Notes under the pieces: generated by a model | What the model saw: the letters and a program-made list of their open reading frames with translations, nothing else | The model's database searches: none | Told to the model about the DNA's origin: nothing | Position numbers and translations under genes: made by a program | In this document: piece after piece, positions 1 through 9,204 of the stretch | How positions within the stretch are numbered: position 1 is the stretch's first letter | How the letters are laid out: every line of letters starts with the position of its first letter | Virus record (IMG/VR): IMGVR_UViG_3300014676_000001 | Coordinates: 1-64,000 of that record | Strand: one strand, 5' to 3' | Length of the DNA: 64,000 bases | Source of the DNA: an uncultured virus (IMG/VR IMGVR_UViG_3300014676_000001) | Taxonomy: Duplodnaviria; Heunggongvirae; Uroviricota; Caudoviricetes

Positions 1-67
1 CCTTGTCACAGATGCAGAAATGCACCTGCGATTTTCTGCATTCTGCGTTACCTCTCGGAGGTGGCGT

Positions 68-517
68 ATGAAGCAGCACTACTGCATCGTCAATGACACC
101 GTTAAAGAGAACCTCATCGCGTACATTCGCACCCTGCCGGTAAACCCTCGCGCGCCGATGGTGGTCGAGGCCCGGGAAGAGACGCGAACCGATAAGCAAA
201 ACCGTCTTATGTGGCCGCTGCTGAAGGACCTGTCTGACCAGGTTGTCTGACACGGCGAAAAGCTGACCCGCGAGGAATGGAAGGACCTCATCACCGTTCT
301 GGTGAATCAGACTCAGGACCAGGAGCAAAAATCCGCGCCGGGCATCAACGGCGGCCGCGTTTATTTCGGCGTCCGCACATCCAAATCCAGCAAGCGCTAC
401 ATGGTCGACGTGATCGAGGCGATTTACTGGTTCGGAACCGACCGCGGCGTGAAGTTCTCCGAGGCATCCAATAAGCGCATTGCCTGGGCGCAAGAGTGGA
501 GGGCTTCCCGTGGGTAA
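68..517 (+). pseudogene. ninB: NinB/Orf-family recombination protein with in-frame TGA at 248-250
   Basis: RTDKQNRLMWPLLKDLSDQVV*HGEKLTREEWKDL reads on in frame after the stop; TGA sits where Trp (TGG) is expected. Confidence 0.8.
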
Positions 518-680
518 TCCTCTCGCACGCGTCATCACGAACGAAATCTTCCGCGTTCCGGCGCGCCGCAAAAGTAAGCCAGCGGTTAAGCCGTCCGACA
601 TCCCGACCTTTAAAGATTACACCGCCCGCCTGGTGGATCAGAAATGGCTGCGTCTCGCGGCACGGAGGGCGCATGGCTAA
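510..680 (+). CDS. ninE: NinE-family protein
   Basis: SDIPTFKDYTARLVDQKWLRL resembles lambda NinE; nin-region position; GTG start. Confidence 0.65.
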   Translation: MGNPLARVITNEIFRVPARRKSKPAVKPSDIPTFKDYTARLVDQKWLRLAARRAHG

Positions 681-963
681 TTTGTGCAAAGCGGCACGCG
701 GTCGAGAATGTCAGGTGCGGATCCCAGGCGTATGCAACGGCAACTCTGAAACATCTGTCTTGGCTCATATCCGCCTGGCGGGTCTCTGCGGTACCGGAAT
801 AAAGCCGCCTGACCTGATCGCCACCATCGCATGCAGCAGTTGCCACGACGAGATTGATCGCCGCACCCGCCTGGTCGATGCGGAATATGCAAAGGAGTGC
901 GCGCTTGAAGGAATGGCTCGCACACAGGTCATCTGGCTTAAAGAGGGGCTCGTAAAAATATGA
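673..963 (+). CDS. DUF1364/YbcO-like Zn-binding putative nuclease
   Basis: [15 protein letters not shown]...LAHIR...[10 protein letters not shown] motif; RBS GGAGG before ATG 673. Confidence 0.8.
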   Translation: MANLCKAARGRECQVRIPGVCNGNSETSVLAHIRLAGLCGTGIKPPDLIATIACSSCHDEIDRRTRLVDAEYAKECALEGMARTQVIWLKEGLVKI

Positions 964-1322
964 ATGAATACCGCATCAGCCTCCCGTGGCCGCCGAGCAA
1001 CAACCGCTACTACCGGCATAACCGCGGGCGCACGCACATCAGCACAGAAGGGCAGGCGTACCGCGACAGTGTCGCCAGAATCATCAAAGACTCAATGCTG
1101 GATATTGGCCTGGCAACACCCGTGAAAATCCGTATCGAGTGCCACATGCCGGATCGCCGCCGACGAGACCTGGATAACTTGCAAAAGGCTGCTTTCGACG
1201 CCCTGACGAAATCCGGGTTCTGGCTCGATGACCAGCAGGTCGACTACTACAGCGTGAAGAGGATGCCAATCGTCAAAGGCGGCAGGCTTGAACTGACCAT
1301 CACCGAACTGGAGGCTGAATGA
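960..1322 (+). CDS. rusA: RusA Holliday junction resolvase
   Basis: [31 protein letters not shown] motifs. Confidence 0.93.
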   Translation: MNEYRISLPWPPSNNRYYRHNRGRTHISTEGQAYRDSVARIIKDSMLDIGLATPVKIRIECHMPDRRRRDLDNLQKAAFDALTKSGFWLDDQQVDYYSVKRMPIVKGGRLELTITELEAE

Positions 1323-1435
1323 ACCACACAGACTTCCTGCGGTACCAGGCAGAAAGCGTTAAGCGCGCCAGCATGCCGCCAGTAGCAAAGCACAGCCAGA
1401 CCAAAACCAACCAGCCACAGAAGGAAGCCGCATAA
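1319..1435 (+). CDS. Small hypothetical protein (38 aa)
   Basis: ATGA overlap with rusA stop and TAATG overlap with Q start; [16 protein letters not shown]. Confidence 0.5.
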   Translation: MNHTDFLRYQAESVKRASMPPVAKHSQTKTNQPQKEAA

Positions 1436-1935
1436 TGAAACTGGAATTAACCAACGACCAGCATCAATGGGTAGACCAGTGGCTCCAGTTGTGGGGCGCA
1501 TGGTGCCAGACCGGCAAGATTGATAAAGCGATGATCAACATGATTGCCAGATTCATGGCTACCGTCGAGCCCCAGCAAGCATCACGGCCGGTATGTAGTG
1601 ATGATGACGGGATGCTCATTGATGCTGTCATTCGCCACTACCTGAAGAATGTGGATGAAAATGCCTGGCGGGTTATCTTCGCCTACTACGTCTGCAACTC
1701 CAGCGAGATCCGAATTGCATCATGGCAGCATGCAGTAAGTAAGCCTCGCCTGATGAAGACGCGTGGCGGCAATCAGTATAAACACCCAAGCATCTCGACA
1801 ATCCGTAGAGAGGTGAAGCAAATCATCAATGCCTCACTGTTCTGTTTGTACCAACCGCTGCAAAATGCGTTTAACAATCGCGAAAATGTGAGGAAAATTG
1901 CAAAAAAGCCTCATAACGCGCTTGCTTTTCAATGA
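1435..1935 (+). CDS. Q: Late antiterminator Q
   Basis: WLQLWGAW and CSDDDGMLID motifs; between rusA and lysis genes. Confidence 0.85.
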   Translation: MKLELTNDQHQWVDQWLQLWGAWCQTGKIDKAMINMIARFMATVEPQQASRPVCSDDDGMLIDAVIRHYLKNVDENAWRVIFAYYVCNSSEIRIASWQHAVSKPRLMKTRGGNQYKHPSISTIRREVKQIINASLFCLYQPLQNAFNNRENVRKIAKKPHNALAFQ

Positions 1936-1950
1936 ACAAATGAGCAGAAT
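1922..1950 (+). promoter_or_regulatory. Putative late promoter pR'
   Basis: TTGCTT-17bp-CAGAAT at the end of Q, followed by a terminator. Confidence 0.5.
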
Positions 1951-1995
1951 AAATCGTATATGTTGCCGTTGTTGTGTGTGACATGAATGAATGCC

Positions 1996-2027
1996 AAGCC
2001 TCGCCATCGTGCGGGGCTTTTTTATTT
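1996..2027 (+). terminator. tR'-like intrinsic terminator
   Basis: AAGCCTCGC-CATCGT-GCGGGGCTT followed by a T-run. Confidence 0.7.
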
Positions 2028-2191
2028 GCGGTACGCCGCACACAGAACCCACTACCTGGGACCCTTCGGCCAGAGAGCCGACATTGCCTTACCCTCACAT
2101 TGCCAGCCTGTCGCTGGCTTTTTTATTTGCGGTGCCCGGTCATTGCTTCCGTGCATCCTTCCACTCTNNNNNNNNNNNNNNNNNNNNNGAT

Positions 2192-2509
2192 ATGGCTAAA
2201 CGTATGCAAGATAAAGAAAGCATTGCCGGAGTGTCATGGCTGATTGTCCTTGCTCTGTCATGCTGGGGCGGCCTGGTCCGATACCTTATTGACGTTAAGC
2301 AGAACAAAGCCACCTGGAGCTGGATTAATGCGCTGGCGCAAATTGCAGTATCCGGCTTTACCGGCCTTATTGGTGGCCTAATCAGCGTAGAAAGTGGCCT
2401 GAGCCTTTACATGATTCTGGTTACGTCTGGCATTAGCGGAGCGATGGGCTCCGTGGCGCTGACGTATTTCTGGGAACGCTTGACGGGGATGAAGAATGCA
2501 AACCAGTGA
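2192..2509 (+). CDS. Holin (3 TM helices, possible dual start M-A-K-R-M)
   Basis: Hydrophobic 105-aa ORF directly before lysozyme; starts just after the N gap at 2168-2188. Confidence 0.85.
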   Translation: MAKRMQDKESIAGVSWLIVLALSCWGGLVRYLIDVKQNKATWSWINALAQIAVSGFTGLIGGLISVESGLSLYMILVTSGISGAMGSVALTYFWERLTGMKNANQ

Positions 2510-2936
2510 TAAAGGCATTGCCCTGATCAAACAGTTCGAAGGCTGTAAACTAACCGCCTATCAGGACAGCGTCGGCATCTGGACGATCGGTTATGGCTGG
2601 ACTCAGCCTGTTGACGGGAAACCAATCCGCGCCGGGATGACGATTAAGCAGGAAACAGCAGAACGTCTGCTGAAGACCGGACTGGTCAGCTACGAAAGTG
2701 ACGTGTCCCGCCTGGTTAAAGTCGGCGTGACTCAGGGGCAATTCGACTCCCTGGTGTCGTTCACGTACAACCTCGGAGCCCGTTCACTGTCGACATCGAC
2801 CCTTCTGCGAAAACTCAACGCTGGTGATTACGCTGGTGCAGCCGATGAGTTCCTGCGCTGGAATAAAGCTGGTGGGAAGGTGCTGAATGGGCTGACACGT
2901 CGGCGGGAGGCAGAGCGGGCTCTGTTCCTATCATGA
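2496..2936 (+). CDS. Endolysin, GH24 lysozyme
   Basis: FEGCKLTAYQDSVGIWTIGYG (E-D-T triad), GLTRRREAERALF. Confidence 0.95.
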   Translation: MQTSDKGIALIKQFEGCKLTAYQDSVGIWTIGYGWTQPVDGKPIRAGMTIKQETAERLLKTGLVSYESDVSRLVKVGVTQGQFDSLVSFTYNLGARSLSTSTLLRKLNAGDYAGAADEFLRWNKAGGKVLNGLTRRREAERALFLS

Positions 2937-3406
2937 TTGGCGCGCTGGTTAAGCGTTGCTGGCTGCAACTGATTGTGGTGTCGGTAATCGGCGTGCTGGC
3001 GTTCTTCGTTAACCACTACCGCGACAACGCCATCACCTACAAAGACCAGCGCGACAAAGCCACCAAAAGTCTCCGCCTGGCTAACGACACCATCAAAGAC
3101 ATGCAGACCCGCCAGCGTGATGTCGCTGCGCTGGATGCCAAATACACGAAGGAATTGTCCGATGCGAAAAAAACCATTAACGATTTGCGTCGGGATGTCG
3201 ATTCTGGCGTTAAACGGCTGCGCATCGCCGCAACCTGCCCTGGAATGTCCAAAGCCACCTCCGCCACCGGCGTGGATGATGCAGGAGCCCCCGAACTTAC
3301 TCCAGACGCTCGACGGAATTATTTCGATCACCGGGACGGAATCGAAACCGTTAACAAAATGATTCACGGCATGCAGGAATACATCGATACGCAGTGTCAG
3401 AAATAA
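2933..3406 (+). CDS. Rz: Rz i-spanin
   Basis: N-terminal TM, coiled coil, RLRIAATC, QEYIDTQC end. Confidence 0.9.
   Translation: MIGALVKRCWLQLIVVSVIGVLAFFVNHYRDNAITYKDQRDKATKSLRLANDTIKDMQTRQRDVAALDAKYTKELSDAKKTINDLRRDVDSGVKRLRIAATCPGMSKATSATGVDDAGAPELTPDARRNYFDHRDGIETVNKMIHGMQEYIDTQCQK
3162..3362 (+). CDS. Rz1: Rz1 o-spanin lipoprotein embedded in Rz
   Basis: +1 frame, lipobox LNGC, proline-rich CPKPPPPPAWMM. Confidence 0.88.
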   Translation: MRKKPLTICVGMSILALNGCASPQPALECPKPPPPPAWMMQEPPNLLQTLDGIISITGTESKPLTK

Positions 3407-3610
3407 TTCGTCACCCACTACAAGAGAAACAAAGCCTGACTTCGGTCGGGCTTTTTTATGCCCGAATTTCACCGCGCACCGCAGCGCATTCAACCCACGT
3501 CGAACCATACCCTTTGAAATGAGCCTTTGAGGAAGTCAGTTAGTGCTGGCGAGCCTCGACGGGCTGATTTCCTATGCGGCAAAGGTTCATCTCAAAGAAA
3601 GGTACACGCC

Positions 3611-4297
3611 ATGCAATTAGTTGAAATCAAGAAGCTCGACCTGGTCACCAACTCGGCAGTGATCGCCAGTGGTGTCATGAAGGATCACAAGCCAGTGATT
3701 CAACTCATCAGGAAGTACAAAAGCGACCTCGAAGAGTTCGGAAGGGTGGAATTTGAAATGCGACCCTTTCAAACCGATGGAGGCATGCAGAAGCAGGAAA
3801 TAGCACTGCTAAACGAACAGCAAACCACGCTGTTGATCACCTACATGCGAAACAATGAAGTTGTGCGTGAATTCAAAAAGCGCTTGGTATATGAATTCTT
3901 CACTATGCGCAGCGCGCTGGCGAAGAAGAAGATGGATCGCAACTCGGCGCGTCTGGAGTACAAGCCTATGACCGATGCCATCAAGCATGAGCGTGAGGCG
4001 CAGGGTAAGCAGATCGCCCCGCATCACTTCAGCAACGAAGCTGACCTGATTAACCGACTGGCGCTGGGCATGACGGCGGCCAAGTTCCGCGTGCATCACG
4101 AAATCGGGAAGAAAGAGCCGATCCGCGATTACCTGACGCCGGAACAAATTCACTGCATCACCGAGCTACAGCGCGCCAACACGGTATTCATCAGCATGGG
4201 GTGGGACTTCGAACAACGCAAAGAAGTGCTGCGCGGCATGTTCGAGCGTAATCACCGCCAGCCACTTATCGAAGAGCAGCACCGCTTGGCCGCATAA
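3611..4297 (+). CDS. rha: Rha-family phage regulatory protein
   Basis: HKPVIQLIRKYKSDLEEFG, LNEQQTTLLITY, VREFKKRLV; post-lysis position as in P22. Confidence 0.8.
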   Translation: MQLVEIKKLDLVTNSAVIASGVMKDHKPVIQLIRKYKSDLEEFGRVEFEMRPFQTDGGMQKQEIALLNEQQTTLLITYMRNNEVVREFKKRLVYEFFTMRSALAKKKMDRNSARLEYKPMTDAIKHEREAQGKQIAPHHFSNEADLINRLALGMTAAKFRVHHEIGKKEPIRDYLTPEQIHCITELQRANTVFISMGWDFEQRKEVLRGMFERNHRQPLIEEQHRLAA

Positions 4298-4434
4298 CCA
4301 CAAATCTGTGGTTTTTGAGAGCCGCTTTCACAACGGCTTTCCATTACAAAGCTCATCTGCGGGTGGGCTTGATAATGGTAAGTATTGTCTTCGGGCAGGC
4401 TTTGTAGATGTTAAGCGATTATTAAGAGGCAATC

Positions 4435-4596
4435 ATGACTTTAGCTGAACGTGTAAAGAGAATTGAGAGCGAATTAAAAGATATTAAATCGCAACTCAAT
4501 TCTGGTACCGATTCTAGGAAAACAGCAAAAGCAATGCCCTTATCCAGTCTTGCAAAAGAGGGAGGTATCCCTGGGGGGTTAGTTAAAAAATGTTAA
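4435..4596 (+). CDS. Small coiled-coil protein, 53 aa (MTLAERVKRIESEL), not in ORF track
   Basis: RBS AAGAGG; 3' end overlaps the convergent protease gene; N-terminus resembles ORF 22793-22948. Confidence 0.55.
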   Translation: MTLAERVKRIESELKDIKSQLNSGTDSRKTAKAMPLSSLAKEGGIPGGLVKKC

Positions 4597-5043
4597 CTCA
4601 AATACTTGATTGGAAAAATCCATCGTAAGGGCGCCCATTTTAATTAGTTGCATTCCGAAAACGACCTGGAATTTTCTCCCGTTACTTACCAATGGCACTG
4701 AAGTCAATTCTGTTGAAAAAACTCTTTCGTCCTCAGTGAACGATATTACCGCATGCCGAACTGTAGTTTCTATTGTTGAGGTGGCTCCGCTTACAGTTGT
4801 TTTTTCCGCGACTGGGAGTTTTAAATTGTCAGCAAAGTCTGAATCCACATAGCAAAGATCTGCTCCGGTATCTATAAGTGCGTAGGCACCAGCCTTCAAT
4901 CCATTTGGTTTATAAACGTTTATATCTTTTGGGCTACTTGGCCATATTGTCAATGGAACTACGGGAATTGCATGCTCCGTGGGGGTATCTGATACCGATC
5001 CATCAATAGGGGAAATAAATTTGATTTTTACTTTGGTGATCAT
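4579..5043 (-). CDS. Retropepsin-like aspartyl protease (moron)
   Basis: ALIDTGADLCYV catalytic motif and VVFGMQLI; AT-rich, reverse orientation, RBS AAGGA. Confidence 0.8.
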   Translation of the reverse strand: MITKVKIKFISPIDGSVSDTPTEHAIPVVPLTIWPSSPKDINVYKPNGLKAGAYALIDTGADLCYVDSDFADNLKLPVAEKTTVSGATSTIETTVRHAVISFTEDERVFSTELTSVPLVSNGRKFQVVFGMQLIKMGALTMDFSNQVFELTFFN

Positions 5044-5065
5044 CCTTATTCCTTCGAAGAGTTAT

Positions 5066-5163
5066 TCAGCCATCCCTCTGCGCATGTGTGCGCCAGTGTC
5101 CCACCACTGACGGGCTGAATGCTTACCTTAACCAGGGTTAATACAAAGCAACATCCTGATATA
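5066..5163 (-). repeat. Conserved moron leader, copy 1
   Basis: Shares blocks with 23148-23243, including identical 25-mer CAGTGTCCCACCACTGACGGGCTGA. Confidence 0.85.
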
Positions 5164-5260
5164 CAGACAGTGGCCGCCATCGTGCGGTTTTTTGTTGCCA
5201 TCACCATGGGTTGGCCCATCGTAATGGCAGTATCCACCTAAGCGGATAAAGAGGCTCTCA

Positions 5261-5467
5261 ATGTCCGACATCTACCAAATCACGCTAACCACCCAGACAG
5301 GCGAAACATTCACGGGCAAGATGTCACGACGTCAGCCTGAGCTTGTTAACGGCTTTGTGCCGCTGGCGACGGAAACGGGACAGTGGCTGTATTTCGCTCC
5401 TGCCGATGTAAAGCGCGTGGAGTTCACGCCAGTACCGGCAGAGCAGCCCGAACAAACGACGGAGTAA
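5261..5467 (+). CDS. Hypothetical phage protein
   Basis: RBS GAGG; operon position before terminase genes. Confidence 0.7.
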   Translation: MSDIYQITLTTQTGETFTGKMSRRQPELVNGFVPLATETGQWLYFAPADVKRVEFTPVPAEQPEQTTE

Positions 5468-5470
5468 CCC

Positions 5471-6109
5471 ATGGTTAACGATGATGAGCGCAGGCCGTAT
5501 CCGCCGGTTAACTTCATCGCCTCCGACAACTGGCAGCCATACACCAGGCTCATTCCCGCCAATGAAGTGCATGAGTGGGTAAGCCGCCAAATCCTCAGTG
5601 ATACCGGAAGCATCCATAACCCTGACCACGAACACCTGCTTGAAGCTGATCTCTGCTTCATGTGGGCGTCCGATTCGTTCGCTAAGAAAGGGCGGTATGT
5701 CCTCGGCCAGGCCGAACAGGTAATGCTCCGCGCCGGTGGTTGGCAGAAAGCCAGAATGGAACAGCAGATGCATGAATGGTTCGGGCGCATCCCGAAATTC
5801 ATCATCACGCTGGCAGCCGATTACTGCTCACAATGCAGTGATCTCGAGTTCTGCGCACTGGTAGAGCATGAGCTTTACCACATCGCCCAGGCCACCGATG
5901 ACTTCGGCGCGCCGAAGTTCAACAAAGAGACCGGGCAGCCAGTACTTACACTGCGCGGCCACGACGTCGAAGAATTCACTGGTGTCGTACGTCGATACGG
6001 TGCCAGCAAAGAAGTGCAGGAGCTTGTTGATGCGGCCAATGCGCCAGCAGAGGTGGCTCACATCGATGTAGCCAGGTCATGCGGGACATGCATGTTAAAG
6101 CTGGCATAG
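5471..6109 (+). CDS. Putative phage metallopeptidase
   Basis: ALVEHELYHI (HExxH) and HDVEEF...VVRRYG motifs. Confidence 0.75.
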   Translation: MVNDDERRPYPPVNFIASDNWQPYTRLIPANEVHEWVSRQILSDTGSIHNPDHEHLLEADLCFMWASDSFAKKGRYVLGQAEQVMLRAGGWQKARMEQQMHEWFGRIPKFIITLAADYCSQCSDLEFCALVEHELYHIAQATDDFGAPKFNKETGQPVLTLRGHDVEEFTGVVRRYGASKEVQELVDAANAPAEVAHIDVARSCGTCMLKLA

Positions 6110-6139
6110 ACTTTATTAGGATTGTCATGGAGGTAGCCT

Positions 6140-6595
6140 GTGGCAGCATTATCGACAGAGGTTAAAGCCTTCATCGTTCAGTCACTCGCCTGCTACGAGA
6201 CCCCAGTAAAAGTCATTGAGCTTGTAAAGGCTGAATACGGCATTGATGTCTCACGACAGCAGGTGTCGCAATATACGCCAGGCAACGCAATGGCGGCCAA
6301 GTTGAGCCAGAAGTGGATTGACCTTTTCAACGCCACCCGTAAACGATTCCAGAATGAGATCGCCGACATCCCGATCGCAAATAAAGCGTACCGGTTGCGC
6401 GTTCTCGACCGAATGGCGACCAACGCTGAAAAGATGAAGAACTACGGCATGACCTCGCAGCTTATCGAGCAGGCCGCCAAAGAAATGGGCGATGCCTACA
6501 CTAATCGCCAGAAAGTCGAGCATACAAGCCCTGATGGCAGCATGACGCCGCAGCCGACAATCATCCAGCTACTACCCGTTGAGCCGAAAGCATGA
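6140..6595 (+). CDS. Terminase small subunit (DUF2280-like)
   Basis: KAFIVQSLACYETP, IPIANKAYRLR; directly upstream of TerL. Confidence 0.75.
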   Translation: MAALSTEVKAFIVQSLACYETPVKVIELVKAEYGIDVSRQQVSQYTPGNAMAAKLSQKWIDLFNATRKRFQNEIADIPIANKAYRLRVLDRMATNAEKMKNYGMTSQLIEQAAKEMGDAYTNRQKVEHTSPDGSMTPQPTIIQLLPVEPKA

Positions 6596-7839
6596 GTGAA
6601 GCCGTTCAACTGCCGATCCCCGCGAAGCTTGCGCCACTGTTCACCGCGGTGAATAAGCGTTACCGGTGCTCACACGGTGGACGTGGTAGCGCCAAGACGC
6701 GCACATTCGCACTGATGACAGCCGTAAAGGCGTATCAGTCGATGATGAACGGTGAAAGCGGCGTAGTGCTCTGCGCGCGTGAGTTCATGAACTCTCTGGA
6801 AGAGTCGAGCATGCAGGAAGTGAAACAGGCGATCTTGTCTGTTCCCTGGCTGGCCTCCAACTTTGATATCGGCGAGAAGTACATCCGCACCATCGACAAG
6901 AGCGTTAACTACGTGTTCTGCGGCCTGCGGCATAACCTCGACAGCATCAAGTCGAAAGCACGCATCTTGCTTTGCTGGGTTGATGAGGCTGAATCAGTCA
7001 GTGAAATAGCATGGCAGAAGCTGAGCCCGACCGTTCGTGAAGAAGGATCAGAGATTTGGGTAACGTGGAACCCGGAGCGCGACGGTAGCGCCACGGATAA
7101 GCGTTTCCGCAAAGAGGCAGGGGACGACTGCATCACCGTTGAAATGAACTATACGGATAACCCGTGGTTCCCTGACGTGCTGGAAGGTGAGCGACAGAAC
7201 GATCAGCGCCGCCTAGACCCGGCAACATACGCGTGGGTGTGGGAGGGTGCTTACCTCGAAAACTCCGATAAGCAGGTGCTGGCAGGGAAATACCGGATTG
7301 CCGAGTTCTCGGACCAACTATGGAAAGAGGCCGATCGCCTGTTCTTCGGTGCTGACTTCGGTTTCGCCAAAGACCCTAACACGCTGGTGCGTTCGTTCAT
7401 CCTGCATAACCGGCTGTACATCGAATACGAGGCATACGGTCAGCAAACTGAGCTCGATCACATGCCGGAGTTGTACGATACGATTCCAGGCGCGCGTGAC
7501 TGGCCAATCAAGGCCGATTCCGCTCGACCCGAGACTATCAGCTATCTCAAACGTCAGGGCTTCAACATCTCAGCCGCTGAGAAATGGCAAGGAAGCGTTG
7601 AGGACGGGATCGCACACCTTCGCGGATTCGATGAAATCATTATCCATCCGCGCTGCAAGAACGTAGCGCGTGAGGCCCGCATGTGGTCGTACAAAACGGA
7701 CCGCATCACCGGTGAGGTGTTGCCGAAGCTTGCCGATGGTTACGAGCACTGCTGGGACGGTATCCGCTACAGCCTCGACGGTCACATTAAGCGTAAGGGC
7801 CAGATGGCCGGGATGATGATTCCTAAACGCCTTCGTTAA
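6592..7839 (+). CDS. Terminase large subunit, PBSX family
   Basis: GGRGSAKT Walker A, WVDEAE Walker B, GADFGF nuclease, HCWDGIRY. Confidence 0.95.
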   Translation: MSEAVQLPIPAKLAPLFTAVNKRYRCSHGGRGSAKTRTFALMTAVKAYQSMMNGESGVVLCAREFMNSLEESSMQEVKQAILSVPWLASNFDIGEKYIRTIDKSVNYVFCGLRHNLDSIKSKARILLCWVDEAESVSEIAWQKLSPTVREEGSEIWVTWNPERDGSATDKRFRKEAGDDCITVEMNYTDNPWFPDVLEGERQNDQRRLDPATYAWVWEGAYLENSDKQVLAGKYRIAEFSDQLWKEADRLFFGADFGFAKDPNTLVRSFILHNRLYIEYEAYGQQTELDHMPELYDTIPGARDWPIKADSARPETISYLKRQGFNISAAEKWQGSVEDGIAHLRGFDEIIIHPRCKNVAREARMWSYKTDRITGEVLPKLADGYEHCWDGIRYSLDGHIKRKGQMAGMMIPKRLR

Positions 7840-7854
7840 CCAAACGGACAAACC

Positions 7855-9204
7855 ATGACTGACAAATTAACTCTCGCCGTCAACCATGCGTTGAACGATG
7901 CGCGGATGGCGCGCGCCCGTATGGGTCTGATGGCACCGACGATGGGGCTGGACAATAAGCGTCATTCCGCATGGTGCGAGTATGGCTTCCCTGAACAGGT
8001 CACCTACGAAAACCTTTACGCCCTGTACCGACGCGGCGGTATCGCTCACGGTGCAGTAGAGAAGCTGGTGGGCAAGTGCTGGCAGACTAACCCGGAAATC
8101 ATTGAGGGTGATCAGGCAGACAAAAAGCGCAAAGAAACGGCTTGGGAGAAAAATTCCAAGCAGGTATTCAACAACCGGTTCTGGCGCTCATTTGCCGAGG
8201 CGGATCGTCGTCGCCTTGTCGGTCGTTATGCAGGCATCCTTCTGCACGTCCGCGATGAAAAAGACTGGAACCTTCCGGTTACCAAAGGGCGAGGGTTGCA
8301 GAAGGTTTCCGTGGCGTGGGCCGGATCGCTAACGGTGAGCGAGTGGGACACTGGGCTGAACTCGAAGACTTACGGTCAGCCGAAAATGTGGCAGTACGCC
8401 GAACGCTTGCCGAATGGTTCAAGTCGCCGCGTCAATATCCACCCCGACCGAGTCTTCATCCTTGGTGATTACTCAGACGATGCCATTGGGTTCCTTGAGC
8501 CAGCTTATAACGCATTTGTTAGCCTGGAGAAGGTAGAGGGCGGTTCAGGTGAGTCATTCCTGAAGAACGCAGCGCGCCAGCAGAACATCAACTTCGACAA
8601 AGAGGTTAATTTTAGTGACCTGGCTTCGATGTATGGCGTATCGGTTGATGAGTTGCAGGAGCGTTATAACGACGCGGCAAGAGAGTTAAACCGAGGGAAT
8701 GACACGCTACTCATTACCCAAGGGGCAAACGTTACATCGCTGGTTTCTCCGGTTTCTGATCCGTCTCCAACCTATAACGTAAACCTGCAAACAGCCGCCG
8801 CAGGAGTTGATATCCCGACGCGCATTCTGGTTGGTAATCAGCAGGCCGAACGCTCCAGCACCGAAGACCAGAAATACTTTAATGCTCGTTGTCAGTCGCG
8901 CCGCGTAGACCTCTCTTTCGAAATAGAGGACTTCTGCGACAAGCTTATTGACTTGCAGATCGTCGATTCAGTCAGCCAGAAAGCAGTTATCTGGGATGAC
9001 CTGAACGAACAGACCGGCACTGAGAAGCTCACTAACGCCAAGACAATGGGTGAGATTAACCAGACCATGCAGGGCAGCGGCGATGAACCCGCGTTCACCC
9101 GTGAAGAGATTCGCACGGCTGCGGGCTATGACAATGACGACGAAGAGCCTTTAGGAGAAGAGGATGGCGGCGAAGAAGACGAAGCCACCGATTCTGCCGC
9201 GTAA
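7855..9204 (+). CDS. Portal protein (DUF1073-type)
   Basis: 449 aa directly after TerL; IHPDRV and IPTRILVG motifs. Confidence 0.8.
   Translation: MTDKLTLAVNHALNDARMARARMGLMAPTMGLDNKRHSAWCEYGFPEQVTYENLYALYRRGGIAHGAVEKLVGKCWQTNPEIIEGDQADKKRKETAWEKNSKQVFNNRFWRSFAEADRRRLVGRYAGILLHVRDEKDWNLPVTKGRGLQKVSVAWAGSLTVSEWDTGLNSKTYGQPKMWQYAERLPNGSSRRVNIHPDRVFILGDYSDDAIGFLEPAYNAFVSLEKVEGGSGESFLKNAARQQNINFDKEVNFSDLASMYGVSVDELQERYNDAARELNRGNDTLLITQGANVTSLVSPVSDPSPTYNVNLQTAAAGVDIPTRILVGNQQAERSSTEDQKYFNARCQSRRVDLSFEIEDFCDKLIDLQIVDSVSQKAVIWDDLNEQTGTEKLTNAKTMGEINQTMQGSGDEPAFTREEIRTAAGYDNDDEEPLGEEDGGEEDEATDSAA

Noticed and set aside
1991..2191. Long N-terminal extension of the holin
   Set aside because: Reads through terminators and an N gap; likely start is 2192.
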